DNA of 63,721 nucleotides, counting the filler, from Octopus bimaculoides (taxonomy: Eukaryota), in assembly GCF_001194135.2 (NCBI RefSeq). It is 6 parts of 6 records of this genome, joined end to end, with 100 filler letters (N's around TTAATTAATTAA, not from the genome) between each part and the next. Parts side by side here need not be neighbours in the genome. Positions count along the whole stretch, not along the records: positions 13,393 to 26,408 come from NC_068987.1; positions 26,509 to 49,169 come from NC_068990.1; 4 more parts are not named here. One strand, given 5' to 3'. Positions 25,685 through 37,907 of this stretch are shown one piece after another (the first letter of the stretch is position 1; the number at the start of each line of letters is the position of its first letter). A model generated the notes under the pieces. That model searched no databases, was not told where the DNA came from, and saw only the letters and a list, made by a program, of their open reading frames with translations. A program made the position numbers and the translations under genes.

Positions 25685-26019
25685 TAATAATCCTTTCTAC
25701 TATAGGCACAAGGCCTGAAATTTTGGGGATGAGTGTAGTTGATTATATCAAACCCCAAAAGAATGAAAAGCAAAAGTAAAGTCAACCTCAGTGGAATTTT
25801 AACTCAGAACATAAAGATGGGCAAAATTTGTTCAGCATGCTAATGATGATGATGATGATTTCTAGTATTTTGAGGTGAAGGTATTAGTTGATTAAATGAA
25901 ACCAAGCAGGATGAAAAGCAAAGTTGACCTCAGTTGGATTTGAACTCTGAACATAAAGAGCTGAAACTGATACAAAGCATTTTCTACAATGCTGAGGCAA
26001 TTCTGCTAATTCACCACCC

Positions 26020-26020
<1 letters not shown>
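25685..26020 (-). mobile_element. Two tandem SINE family A copies (about 25685-25850 and 25860-26020), CpG-decayed
   Basis: Each has GATGAAA..AAAGT(C/T)(A/G)ACCTCAG..TTT(G)AACTC.GAACATAAAG, the reverse complement of 41093-41313. Confidence 0.8.
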
Positions 26021-26064
<44 letters not shown>

Positions 26065-26408
26065 TGATGATGATAATGATAATAATAATAAGAACAGACA
26101 CCGGGGAAGTGAACAGACACCGGGGAAGTTTAATATGTGAGAACAATAAATCACTGCTCCGAAACTTATCCAAAAACATCGGAAATAAAGACATCGCATT
26201 GAGCCAAAAAATAGCTGACAAAGGGTTGGATTATATCCGAGTAAGTAATATTCATTGAAATTTATTTCTATCTTTCCAAATATAATGATGTATTTCAACT
26301 TGATACCTCCACTACCCGCACAGCGATCGTAAACACACGTGTTACATCAAAATCAAACCATCTTCGAACCCCAAAACACCATGTACAAAAAAATTACAAA
26401 CAGATTAA

Positions 26409-26508
26409 NNNNNNNNNNNNNNNNNNNNNNNNNNNNNNNNNNNNNNNNNNNNTTAATTAATTAANNNNNNNNNNNNNNNNNNNNNNNNNNNNNNNNNNNN
26501 NNNNNNNN
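26409..26508. other. Artificial scaffold linker
   Basis: 44 N + TTAATTAATTAA + 44 N. Confidence 0.97.
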
Positions 26509-27767
26509 GAAGGAAGAAAAAAGTCGCCAACAGTCCACGTGTAGTTACATTTTTGAAATGACTGGAAGTAGTACAAAGAGAAAGTGCTTTCTGGGACAGG
26601 AGAGTGTGAAGAGTGGTCGGTATCTGTGTGTGGGGTGCGCGCGCGCGTGTAGTAGCATGTGTGTGTGTGATATCGTGTGTGTGTGTATGGTAGCGTGTGT
26701 ATGTGGAAGTAACTGTGTGTGTGTGTGTGCGTGGTAGCGTGTGTATGTGTGATAGTAACTGTGTGTGTGTGTGTGTGTGTGGTATTAACTGTTTACACGT
26801 GTTTGCTTGTGTGAGTGGTCTGTTAATGTCGTAATGTGAGATCAACTGCTATGGTGTCAGGTCGTGCAGTTTGTGTGTGTGTGTGTATGTTTGTTTTTTG
26901 TACGTGTGCGTAGATGGGATAGTAAGTAGTGAGTCGGGGGAGATTGAAGAGTGTGAATTGGTGGTTGCGGATGTGTGTATGTGTGTTGGCATGTGTACAT
27001 AAACGAAGTGGGAATTATGTACCTGTGTGCGCGTGGAGATGTGTATGGGTGCGTTGTGTGTCCCACTCTCTCCGTGCCACTCTGACTCTCTCTCTATATG
27101 TGTGTGTGCGTGTGGAGATGTGTATGCATATGTGCGCGTAAGTGTGGAGGTGTATGTATGTGTGTGTGGAGGTATATGTGCGTCCATGTGTGTGTAGTTG
27201 CGTGTGTCCGCGTGCGTGTATATATATATATATATATATTTATATTTCATCTTCAACCAAGAAACATCTGAAAGTTGCAGTGCTGTTATATCTGCTCTCT
27301 GTCACTGCAATGCTGGCATATGTAGAAACCAAATGATTCATATTTCCTAGACGCAACAACTTCAGAGATTTATTCAGTTTACACAACCAAATGATGTAAT
27401 AACTAGCATACAATTATAATAGTTCTCAATGTAGTTTTAGTAGAACATGCTACAAACACCCTTTGAGCATATGTCAAGAATCACCTGCATAAGAATTTGA
27501 TAATAAACTGTAAAATGTGCATTTGCTACATAAGAGTTGCTATCGAATGGGAAATAATGGCATATTTTAGTACATTTGTTTTTATTGTTTATTGACAAAT
27601 TTATACAACGTGTTGAGTAAGAGTTTAACGATGAAACAATTTAACTCTGGCATAGAAATAAATATAAGTACTAAGAGCCAAACATACTGGTAATACGAAG
27701 ATAAATACTTATTTAAAGATATTTCATAACTGCAGAAGAATCAGCAAACAGAAGCCTTGTATGACTT

Positions 27768-27930
27768 GCATGTGTGGCTGTGTAGCTAAGAATGTCTTTT
27801 CACAACCACATGGTTTCATGCTGGAGGTTCTCCAAGAAGACTTAGACGTGTGACTTGTACCATGACGACAACAAGTCGGCCAAAGCTTTGTGAAGGAAGA
27901 AACTATATTGAAGCCTATCGAAGCGTCCGT
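27768..27930 (+). mobile_element. Decayed SINE family B 5' half
   Basis: TGTGGCTGTGTAGCTAAG..CAACCACATGGTT..GGCCAAAGCTTTGTGA. Confidence 0.65.
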
Positions 27931-29099
27931 TTGTCTTGATGGATGATACAACGTGTATAAATCAATATGTCAGCGGGTTTACACCTATTCAAGTGGCCGT
28001 TAAGAATCCTCAGGCGAGTTTAGTATGTTGCAGGACTTCGAGTTAGCTTAACAAACTGCGGTTAACTCTCTTTTCTTTCATCAGTCATGGCGGTCCGGAT
28101 AAAAGATGTACTAGTCCCCTTCCACCCTCTCTTTAAGTTATTCAAAAAGAAAAACAAACGGTCGTCTAATTATATGACGCTTTCTGACTTTTCTCATATA
28201 CATTATGTATAAATGTATAATTCTATATATATATACTTAACCCTGATATAATTACAATTATAATTACTGCGTTAGTATGTGTGCAAGCACTTACATATGT
28301 AATTATGCATGCATACAAACAATGTACTATGCTTTTCTGTAGCTTGTGCAGATTTGTGTTAGTATGTGTGTGTATGTGTGTGTGCATACTCTGTATATAT
28401 CCTGTGTGTACATATGCATGTACGTGGGCAGTTACGGTGTTTGTTTCTATGATATATAACGAATTCGGATCCAAGTATATTATTTATTAGATTGGTAAAC
28501 TAGATTCAGTCATCGATATGTTTATTTGACTTTTAAATATTTTCACTGATAAACTATATTGCACACATATATTTTACGTCATTGCTTTGTATATGATTTT
28601 ATAATTGATTACAAAATGTAATGGCTCCAGTTAAAAATAAACAAATTATAACGAATCAATTTATCAATACTTATTTATTTCGTGCAAGTTCCATTAGTGG
28701 AGTCAATTGATTCAATATTGCTGGTAGCAGTTTACCAACAATGGGTTTGTCACACAATAAATGTGCAAATGGGAGTGATGCTGTTTATACTTTCCTCAGC
28801 AATATAAAGAAGTGAGATAAATCAGTAAACACTGGATATTGGATATCATCGATAGATAAAATTTATTAATAGAATTATTATATTTCTTGTTCACCGATAC
28901 CATTGATCCCTGAGGGCCTGCAAATATCATAGGTAATGACACTTTATTTATGTTTCGATAATTTACTAAAAAAAAATCATAGGCGTCGTTAATATCGAGT
29001 TTGTTTGCTTGTTTTACTGATTATTTCAATAACTACTTTGATCTCTCATAAGTAACAAGAAATGTTTTCTTTTTTCTTTTAGCATTTAAAAATTTTACT

Positions 29100-29220
29100 G
29101 GGCAGGGTCATGTGATTAAGGAGTTCGCTTCGTAACCAGGCTCTTTCGGGTTCATTCCCAGTGTACCTGATTGATACCTTTGCAAGTATCCTCTACAATG
29201 GCCCTAAATTTACTATATGC
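29100..29220 (+). mobile_element. Decayed SINE family B 5' half
   Basis: GTGATTAAGGAGTTCGCTT..GGGTTCATTCCCAGTG..ACCTTTGCAAGTATC. Confidence 0.55.
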
Positions 29221-30251
29221 TTTGTGAATTCTACACAATAACATAGCTCAAAATCTAATCAATAAAACTTCTTCCAAAACCCCTCTGCATAAAAACCTCC
29301 CTTAAAACTTAATTACCACTACACAGAAACCCGTACAGCAAAGGAAGATTTTTACTCAACAAATACTATATAAAACCAAGATTTACTTCCATGCATCGCA
29401 GTCTGACGTTGGCTTAACTGGCCGAACCTTCAAAGTAACTATCAATAATATTCTTGTTTAAGAACAATATATGTGTATATGTATATCTATTCGTGTAAAG
29501 CCATATCCAGTACATTCAAGTGCATTCGGGCATTAGAAGACCTTTCGTTTCAGAAATAGTCTCTGGAGAGAAACATTCATCTGCAGGATATTTGTAAGGA
29601 CACATATTGAGCTGTGAATGACTGGATCGTAAGACCCATGCGTTTCTGCGTTATTTGACTTCGGCAACTACAAACGACAGATCTATCATTCAGAGCCAGA
29701 TAAAAACGAATCTGCTCTTATTAAAACATCACACGGTGCGTTTGCTGATGTACGTAAAGCTTAGTTAATCTAGAATTCATCATTGTTTAAAAGGATCACC
29801 TCTCTTAGTTTTTTATCACGTGATGATGATACGGATTTCGACAATTTGACAAGAGTCCTATACGGTGACACTACCTTCCCTGTTTCTAGATTTCTCATTA
29901 GAAATTGCAACATCAAATGTAGATGAAAGTAGCTCTTCAAAAAAGTAGCTCTTTTTGCAAGTAGCTTTTCATAAAGTAGACATCATACTACAATTATTAT
30001 GATACAGATTATGCAGATGGTGTTGTTCTTACTTCTAATATGTTGAAATAAGCTCAGCTATTTGAGAAGGCTGCAAAACAGATCGGACATCGTTTTAAGA
30101 AAAAAAAACTGAGCTATTGCTATCAATCATCACAATATGTCATCACTCAGCAAAGTTGGAATGGGTAAATTACGTCAAATATCTGGGATCATTAATAGAA
30201 TACTCAAAGAACGAAAGTGAAATAAATATACAAAAAAGTCAGCAATTTTTG

Positions 30252-30428
30252 GAGAGGGGGTAAGTTGATTACATCGACCTCAGAACTCGACGGGTACTTA
30301 TTTTATCGACCCCGAAAAGATAAAATGCAAAGTCGACCTCGGTGGAATTTGAACTGAGAACATAAAGATGAAGGAAATGCCGCTAAGCGTTGTCTGACGT
30401 GCTAATGATTGTGCCAACTCGTCGCCTT
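30252..30428 (-). mobile_element. SINE family A
   Basis: Full reverse-complement match to 41093-41313. Confidence 0.88.
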
Positions 30429-30614
30429 AAAAATCTTAGTAATATTGGAGTCTCTCTTTCTCAGAATAAAAATATTTAGAGCTTCCTTAGAAATTGCATT
30501 GATACAGGAATTTGAGTATAGGACAATTACGAAGATGATAGAGAGCAGACTAAATGAAACATACCAAAATGTTAAGGAGTAAGGACGTTTCTGATAAGCA
30601 GCATTTGCCGAACA

Positions 30615-31045
30615 GCATCACCGTCCGAGCGTGATCATTGCCAGAGCAGCTGTCTGGCTTCCGTGCCAGTGGAACGTAAATAGCACCATTTGAGCGTGAT
30701 CGTTACCAGTGTCGCCTTCCTGGCACTTGTGCCAGATGGCACGTGAAAAAACATTCGAGCGAGGTCGTTTCCAGTGCCACTGGACTGGCTTCTGTGCAGG
30801 TGGCACGTAAAAAACACCATTTTGAACGTGGCCGTTGCCAGCACCGCCTGACTGGCCCTCGTACCGGTGGCACGTAAAAGCACCTACTACACTGTCGGAG
30901 TGGTTGGCGTTAGGAAGGGCATCCAGCTGTAGAAACTCTGCCAGATCAGATTGGAGCCTGGTGCAGCCTTCTAGTGTGCCAGCCCTCAGTCAAATCGTCC
31001 AACCCATGCTAGCTTGGAAGGCGGACGTTAAACGATGATGATGAT
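30615..31045 (+). mobile_element. RTE 3'-UTR/tail copy with four ~65-nt tandem units
   Basis: Homologous to 17785-18192; ends GGACGTTAAACGATGATGATGAT. Confidence 0.9.
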
Positions 31046-32152
31046 AATGATACCATTATTAACCGAAACCATCAGACAATACAGACTTGAGTTTGTGGGA
31101 AACTATTGGCGAAGTAAAAATGAAATTGTACGCCAGCTATTTCTATAGGATATATAGCAGATATTGTCTATCAGATGTGTAGCAGTTGGTAGGTGAGACT
31201 TACTAATGGGATGCAAGTGCACTGGACTTGACATGATATATGACGAATTGATTACTGACAATTGAACATAACAGTGCTCAAATAAACACACACACACAAC
31301 CACACACACATCCACCTTGTGTTTATTACGGTAGTTAACGTGAGGTATTCTTGTATAGTTATGCCCTTATATATATATAAATAGATAAATATGATTTAGG
31401 GAAAAACGATAGATTTTTCCCTATGAATTTTTTCACGATAACTACCTGATAAATTCTTATATAAGAGTTAATCCTATTATTGTATTAATTACTTATTATT
31501 TATCTATTTATCTATCTGTACACCCCCCCCNNNNNNNNNNNNNNNNNNNNNNNNNNNNNNNNNNNNNNNNNNNNNNNNNNNNNNNNNNNNNNNNNNNNNN
31601 NNNNNNNNNNNNNNNNNNNNNNNNNNNNNNNNNNNNNNNNNNNNNNNNNNNNNNNNNNNNNNNNNNNNNNNNNNNNNNNNNNNNNNNNNNNNNNNNNNNN
31701 NNNNNNNNNNNNNNNNNNNNNNNNNNNNNNNNNNNNNNNNNNNNNNNNNNNNNNNNNNNNNNNNNNNNNNNNNNNNNNNNNNNNNNNNNNNNNNNNNNNN
31801 NNNNNNNNNNNNNNNNNNNNNNNNNNNNNNNNNNNNNNNNNNNNNNNNNNNNNNNNNNNNNNNNNNNNNNNNNNNNNNNNNNNNNNNNNNNNNNNNNNNN
31901 NNNNNNNNNNNNNNNNNNNNNNNNNNNNNNNNNNNNNNNNNNNNNNNNNNNNNNNNNNNNNNNNNNNNNNNNNNNNNNNNNNNNNNNNNNNNNNNNNNNN
32001 NNNNNNNNNNNNNNNNNNNNNNNNNNNNNNNNNNNNNNNNNNNNNNNNNNNNNNNNNNNNNNNNNNNNNNNNNNNNNNNNNNNNNNNNNNNNNNNNNNNN
32101 NNNNNNNNNNNNNNNNNNNNNNNNNNNNNNNNNNNNNNNNNNNNNNNNNNNN

Positions 32153-32311
32153 ACTTCATAAGTCAAAACTACCAAAATAAGCACATTTTTACCGATCGCG
32201 AGGGAATGTAACTTTCAAAGCTAACCTCCTAAAAACTTGTTAGATTTGAAAGTTACATTTCCTCGCGATCGGTAAAAATGTGCTTATTTTGGTAGTCTTG
32301 ACTTATGGAGT
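32153..32311. repeat. Long inverted repeat (67-bp arms, 3 mismatches, plus a 5-bp inner stem and 13-nt loop); probable MITE
   Basis: 32153-32219 is the reverse complement of 32245-32311; CTAAC/GTTAG inner stem; the left arm runs into an N gap. Confidence 0.92.
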
Positions 32312-32352
32312 CCCTCTAAGCGTGAGGCATTATTATATAGTAATGCCTTTAT

Positions 32353-32399
<47 letters not shown>

Positions 32400-32869
32400 A
32401 TATATACATTCATATGTATACATATACTTACACACACTTTTTCACCTGATTAAAGAAGCATATACGTATACGACTACAATTAAAATGAGATTTTAGATGC
32501 TTCGAAGAAGGAAAAAATTACAAGCTCGTTGATATTCAAGAAGTTTTAATTGTTTTGTTCATCAGCACTATCCTCGACTCACGTGAAAGCATTATCGATC
32601 ATTTAATAATTTCAAAAATGATTTGGAGTTAATAAATAAATTTAGTTGAATGTGATGTGAAAGTCATTTTATCAGAGACGATTTTAGAGAATTCAGCTCT
32701 TGGATTTTCTAGATGTATTTTCTGGTACATAAGCACCTATACAATATATTAAGTTATAGACGTAATTATAGCGACATCTGTTTATATATTATGTGTGTAT
32801 CTGTGGCGCAATTTTCATGGTTATGCTCCAGCATGGCTACAGTCTATCGACTAAACAAATAGGGGTTTG

Positions 32870-33033
32870 GATGCAGGTGTGGCTGTGTGGTAAGAAGTTT
32901 GCTTCGCAACCACAGGCTTCCCGGCTCTATCCCATTGTGTGTTAACTTAGGCAAATCTCTACTACAGCCTCTGGTCGCCGAAAGCCTTGTGAGTGGATCT
33001 GGTAAACAGAAACTGAAAGAAACCCGTCGTATG

Positions 33034-33071
<38 letters not shown>

Positions 33072-33863
33072 TAAATTATAGGGTAGCAAAAAAAATTTTA
33101 GAAATTTTATTTACCACCAGTGGTCTAGCGAGAGTAAAATATATATATATATATATATATATANNNNNNNNNNNNNNNNNNNNNNNNNNNNNNNNNNNNN
33201 NNNNNNNNNNNNNNNNNNNNNNNNNNNNNNNNNNNNNNNNNNNNNNNNNNNNNNNNNNNNNNNNNNNNNNNNNNNNNNNNNNNNNNNNNNNNNNNNNNNN
33301 NNNNNNNNNNNNNNNNNNNNNNNNNNNNNNNNNNNNNNNNNNNNNNNNNNNNNNNNNNNNNNNNNNNNNNNNNNNNNNNNNNNNNNNNNNNNNNNNNNNN
33401 NNNNNNNNNNNNNNNNNNNNNNNNNNNNNNNNNNNNNNNNNNNNNNNNNNNNNNNNNNNNNNNNNNNNNNNNNNNNNNNNNNNNNNNNNNNNNNNNNNNN
33501 NNNNNNNNNNNNNNNNNNNNNNNNNNNNNNNNNNNNNNNNNNNNNNNNNNNNNNNNNNNNNNNNNNNNNNNNNNNNNNNNNNNNNNNNNNNNNNNNNNNN
33601 NNNNNNNNNNNNNNNNNNNNNNNNNNNNNNNNNNNNNNNNNNNNNNNNNNNNNNNNNNNNNNNNNNNNNNNNNNNNNNNNNNNNNNNNNNNNNNNNNNNN
33701 NNNNNNNNNNNNNNNNNNNNNNNNNNNNNNNNNNNNNNNNNNNNNNNNNNNNNNNNNNNNNNNNNNNNNNNNNNNNNNNNNNNNNNNNNNNNNNNNNNNN
33801 NNNNNNNNNNNNNNNNNNNNNNNNNNATTTGTATGTATGTATGTATGTATGTATGTATACATA

Positions 33864-33899
<36 letters not shown>

Positions 33900-34105
33900 T
33901 TTATCGCTGTATTTCCCCCACTGCTACTTGATAATCTGTGTTCGTGTGTTTACCTCTCTGTAACGTAGCGATTCGACAAAGAAACTAATAGAACAAGCAC
34001 CATGCTTAAAAAAGATAACTACTAGGGTCGATTGACACGAGTGAAAATTGTTCAAGGCGGTGCCCCAACATGGCCGCAGTATGGTGACTGAAACAACTAC
34101 TAAGC
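32870..34105 (+). mobile_element. SINE family B with expanded internal microsatellite and gap
   Basis: 5' half 32870-33030; (TA)n/gap/(TATG)n/(TG)n interior; 3' half 33900-34105 ending CATGGCCGCAGT..GACTGAAACAA. Confidence 0.8.
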
Positions 34106-35125
34106 CAAAAAAAAAAAAACAAGAAAAGAAAAGGATAGATAAAAGAATCATGTTTGCAAGCTGCATGTTATGCGATAGAGGAAACTGTTCTTCGGAAACC
34201 TAAAAATGCAAGAGAAATATATTCACATACTTACACAGTTACATAACGCAATCCCGATATTTATTACAGTTAGTAGTGCAACGCACTTCAAATAATGACT
34301 AGTGAGGCATGTAGAGATAAAAAAAGAAAACACTTCGCTTTTACTTTCTTTTTTATATTTGTGTAAGTATTTCCCATATGAGTACTGCAGTTCTTATGAT
34401 TAAATACGTGTACAAATGCTGCCGGCTTGAAGATCCATTTTGGATCAAATCTTTCTTACGATTATGTAACAAATTATGGTGAGAGTAGTTACAACGAATA
34501 TCTACATGTTTGTCTATTAACATTTGTCTCTTAGAGGAGAGCTTATTCTGTTGACAGCGAAGTACATTTAATGAAATATAAAAACAGAAATCCAGTAGCC
34601 GTGAGTAATGATTAGAAACAGAAACAGACAGAAAGAAAAAAAACCTAGGACATTTATTCTAATATAAATTTTAAATATCCTTTAGATATTAATCTATTAG
34701 AATATTCAAATCTTAAGAAAAATGAATGGTGGATATGTGACAATTTTACCGTCTTAACTAATCAATACAATCAAATGAAATATGTAATCCCTCCTATTCG
34801 ATATTCGAGCACTTAATTCGCTCCAGGCAATCAATAATTCCACTTGTATTCAATCAATACGATTATTAGGTGCTAAACATACTAAAATGTACAGTAGCAA
34901 ATCAGCTACACGTTTGACGTCATGCAAAGCAAATTCAGTTCTTACGTCAGAACAAGGTTTTCCTCTTGTCTAGTACAATTAACAGTTTCCAGGAAGGTAC
35001 ATGTTACTCATTAGTATTACATCACAGAAACACACCTACACATACATACATACAAACAAATATTGTGTTTGTATAAATATGTATATATGCAAACACACAT
35101 ACACACACACACAAATACAATATAA

Positions 35126-35158
<33 letters not shown>

Positions 35159-35348
35159 CATGCATATATTTGTGTATGAATGTGTGAAAATGTATGTAGC
35201 TATTCTGCATCACGCAATGTTAAATCACTGCATGAAGTACAGCCAGATATGTCAAACTCTCACTACGTTACTATATGTGAGTATGTGTACCTACATATAA
35301 CATACGCATTGACAAACACACGCACACAGTTATATATTGAGAGAAAGC

Positions 35349-35415
<67 letters not shown>

Positions 35416-35829
35416 TATTTTGAATCATTCATATTTAGGGCCATTTTTTCCTCCAGTTTTCAAATACAGTTCACTTGTTTTTTCTTCTTTTTTTTTTCTT
35501 TTTGAAGTAAAAGAATCGGGTGAAGGTTCGATTCCAGTTTCAGATTAGTATTCTGCTTTATAATGTTGAAACGGATTTGATGATGATGATGNNNNNNNNN
35601 NNNNNNNNNNNNNNNNNNNNNNNNNNNNNNNNNNNNNNNNNNNNNNNNNNNNNNNNNNNNNNNNNNNNNNNNNNNNNNNNNNNNNNNNNNNNNNNNNNNN
35701 NNNNNNNNNNNNNNNNNNNNNNNNNNAATAAATGAAATATGAGAAAAGTCTTGCATATTTTTTACTGTTCCAGTCACATATTGCACTTCTAATGTACGAA
35801 TTTGCCGGTCGATTTCTCTTTCTGAACAT

Positions 35830-36362
35830 CCCGGTTCATCTAGATTCTCCTTTAAGCATTTACTAACAAAACCTAGTGCTCCAATTATTATTAGTATGGA
35901 TATGAATTCACAGTTTGGGTATAGAGGCTGGAAGTTTCGAAGCAGTTATCAATAGATATCTTCTTTTTTCTTTGATTTTCAAAGAGATATTTATATCTGC
36001 AGGGTAGCTGACCTCTATGACGGTGCATATCTTTGTCCTACTGTCCCAGACATTTGACAGAAGTTTTGATGGGAATATTCCACCAGTATTCCTTGAGTTG
36101 GTGCTTATGAATGTATTCTATAACAGAGGGATTTTCTAAGTTTATTTCAGGATAGCCTTTTTTTTTTGCGAATGGCAATATAAATTGTTTGAGCGACAAC
36201 AACGTGCCGCATAGGGAGGTAATACCGTGACGACATATTAGGATAGATGTTAATCACGTGCGCGATGTCTTCCACAGAAACATGACATAGCCTACACATG
36301 CGGTTGCTTTGACTCTCTTGTTCACCAGGTACTTTGTGGCAATCTCCTGTTCCTGGATTGCG
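35830..36362 (-). mobile_element. R4/Dong-clade LINE 3' fragment (CCHC + restriction-like endonuclease)
   Basis: AIQEQEIATKYL..CRLCHVSVEDIAHV..RH..EYWWNIPIKT..WDSRTKICTVIEVSYPAD..IIIGALGFV. Confidence 0.85.
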
Positions 36363-36599
36363 TATGTATGTATGTATGTATGTATGTATATGTATGTATG
36401 TATGCATGTATGTATGTATGTATATATGTATTTATGTATGTATGAATGAATGCATGTATGCACGTGTGTGTGTGTATGTATGTATGTATGTATGTATGTA
36501 TGTATGTATCTATGTATGTGTGTATGCACGAATGCATGTACGTATGTACGCGTCTATGTATGTATATATGTATGTATATATGTATGTATGAATGTCCAA

Positions 36600-36830
36600 T
36601 CCATTATGAACTGTATTTGTACACCATCGCCTCGATGCTGAGGACGTCGACACCCCTCAAGATCTTTGTGTCTGGAGTCCGCAAGGACCAGCCAACATTC
36701 AGAATGTGTCTCAAACGTCTCTGATGGAATCGTCCAAGGACAATTTAAGGTTTGTGTTAAGTCCTCGTTGAAAGTATGTGAAGTATCGGTATTCAGTTGG
36801 GAAAGCAATGCTTGTCATCGCCAACAGTGA
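36600..36830 (-). mobile_element. RTE LINE C-terminal fragment
   Basis: RFHQRRLRHILNVGW..PDTKILRGVDVLSIEAMV resembles RTE FHQRCLRxILxIxW..PDTEVL..SIEAM. Confidence 0.75.
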
Positions 36831-36888
36831 AAGAAACATGTAAAGGAGGGAGAGAATGTTCTCGTAAAAACGTACAATTTTTAATCCT

Positions 36889-36963
<75 letters not shown>

Positions 36964-37774
36964 ATACATGTATGCATATGTTCATGTATATAATATCAGA
37001 TTCCAGGAGTCCGTATCATCTGTCTCTTTTCAATTAGGCCGGCAATTCATTTCTAATTTGCTTCTCTATTGTTCATGGTGTGAAGACAGGCTTTAAGACA
37101 CGTAAACACGAGTATTGGCAGGATGGAAATATTTCAGAAATATCTAAGCATATAGATATCAAGAAATAATAGCATAAAAAATTGACTGATTTTAATGTAC
37201 CTGAAAAGAAACATTTGACAATAAAAAAATTATTGATTTCAGTAATATGGATACAATTAAACAACATAAAGAAAACAAGGTAGTCTAGCAAATACACATG
37301 CGTTCAAATGGTGTTTGATGAAAAGGGTTTCAAACAATGTGCAGCTTATTAGAATAGATATTTAGTCCGCCACAGTCGTCGACTATTATTTTTCAAACTT
37401 AAATTAAATCTATTTTGATGAGTGATACTAAGGGCACTTTGAAGCGACGGCGAGTGCATTTCAGAGATCTTTGGTACAGTCCATTCACAACAGATGAAAT
37501 CTTGTGATTGCCATGAAAATTTATCCTTACTAATATGTTTTCTGGAAGCGATAGTACTGCCAACAGTGAAGAAGATAAAGTTTCTATTAAACAAAATAAT
37601 CCTGGAAAAGGCTCTAAAAATTGAAGCTATGCTAGCTGACGTTATTAAATGTGGTGATAACTTTATTACTTGATTTGTGACCAGCTTAATTCAGAATGTG
37701 CAAAATTGTTTACCAGTTACACAGTATTAAATAAAAAAACATTACTGATATCGCTGTTCAGAGGAAAAGGTGCC

Positions 37775-37853
37775 TAGTCAAACGAAAACACACCAGCATC
37801 GGTTATCAAGCGATGTTGGGGGGACAAACTCAGGCACACAAACATACACACAC

Positions 37854-37907
<54 letters not shown>

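Larger units (their letters stand above)
29700..31140 (+). mobile_element. Old RTE LINE (second family) RT/C-terminal fragment interrupted by two younger insertions
   Basis: FADVRKA, RVLYGDT, DTDYADGVVL..AQL, KYLGS; then a SINE (30252-30428); LRIKIFRASLE..ESRLNETY; then an RTE tail (30615-31045); PLLTETIRQYRLEFVGNYWRSK. Confidence 0.75.

Noticed and set aside
30625-30885. CRISPR-like look of palindromic ~65-nt repeats with variable loops (also 17785-18040)
   Set aside because: Eukaryotic context, no cas genes, variable parts only ~10 nt and related to each other, and the array lies in an RTE 3' UTR.
33085-33122. Resemblance to the missing right TIR of the Chapaev3 element
   Set aside because: Only A/T-run similarity plus CCAGTG, 11 kb away and across a linker.
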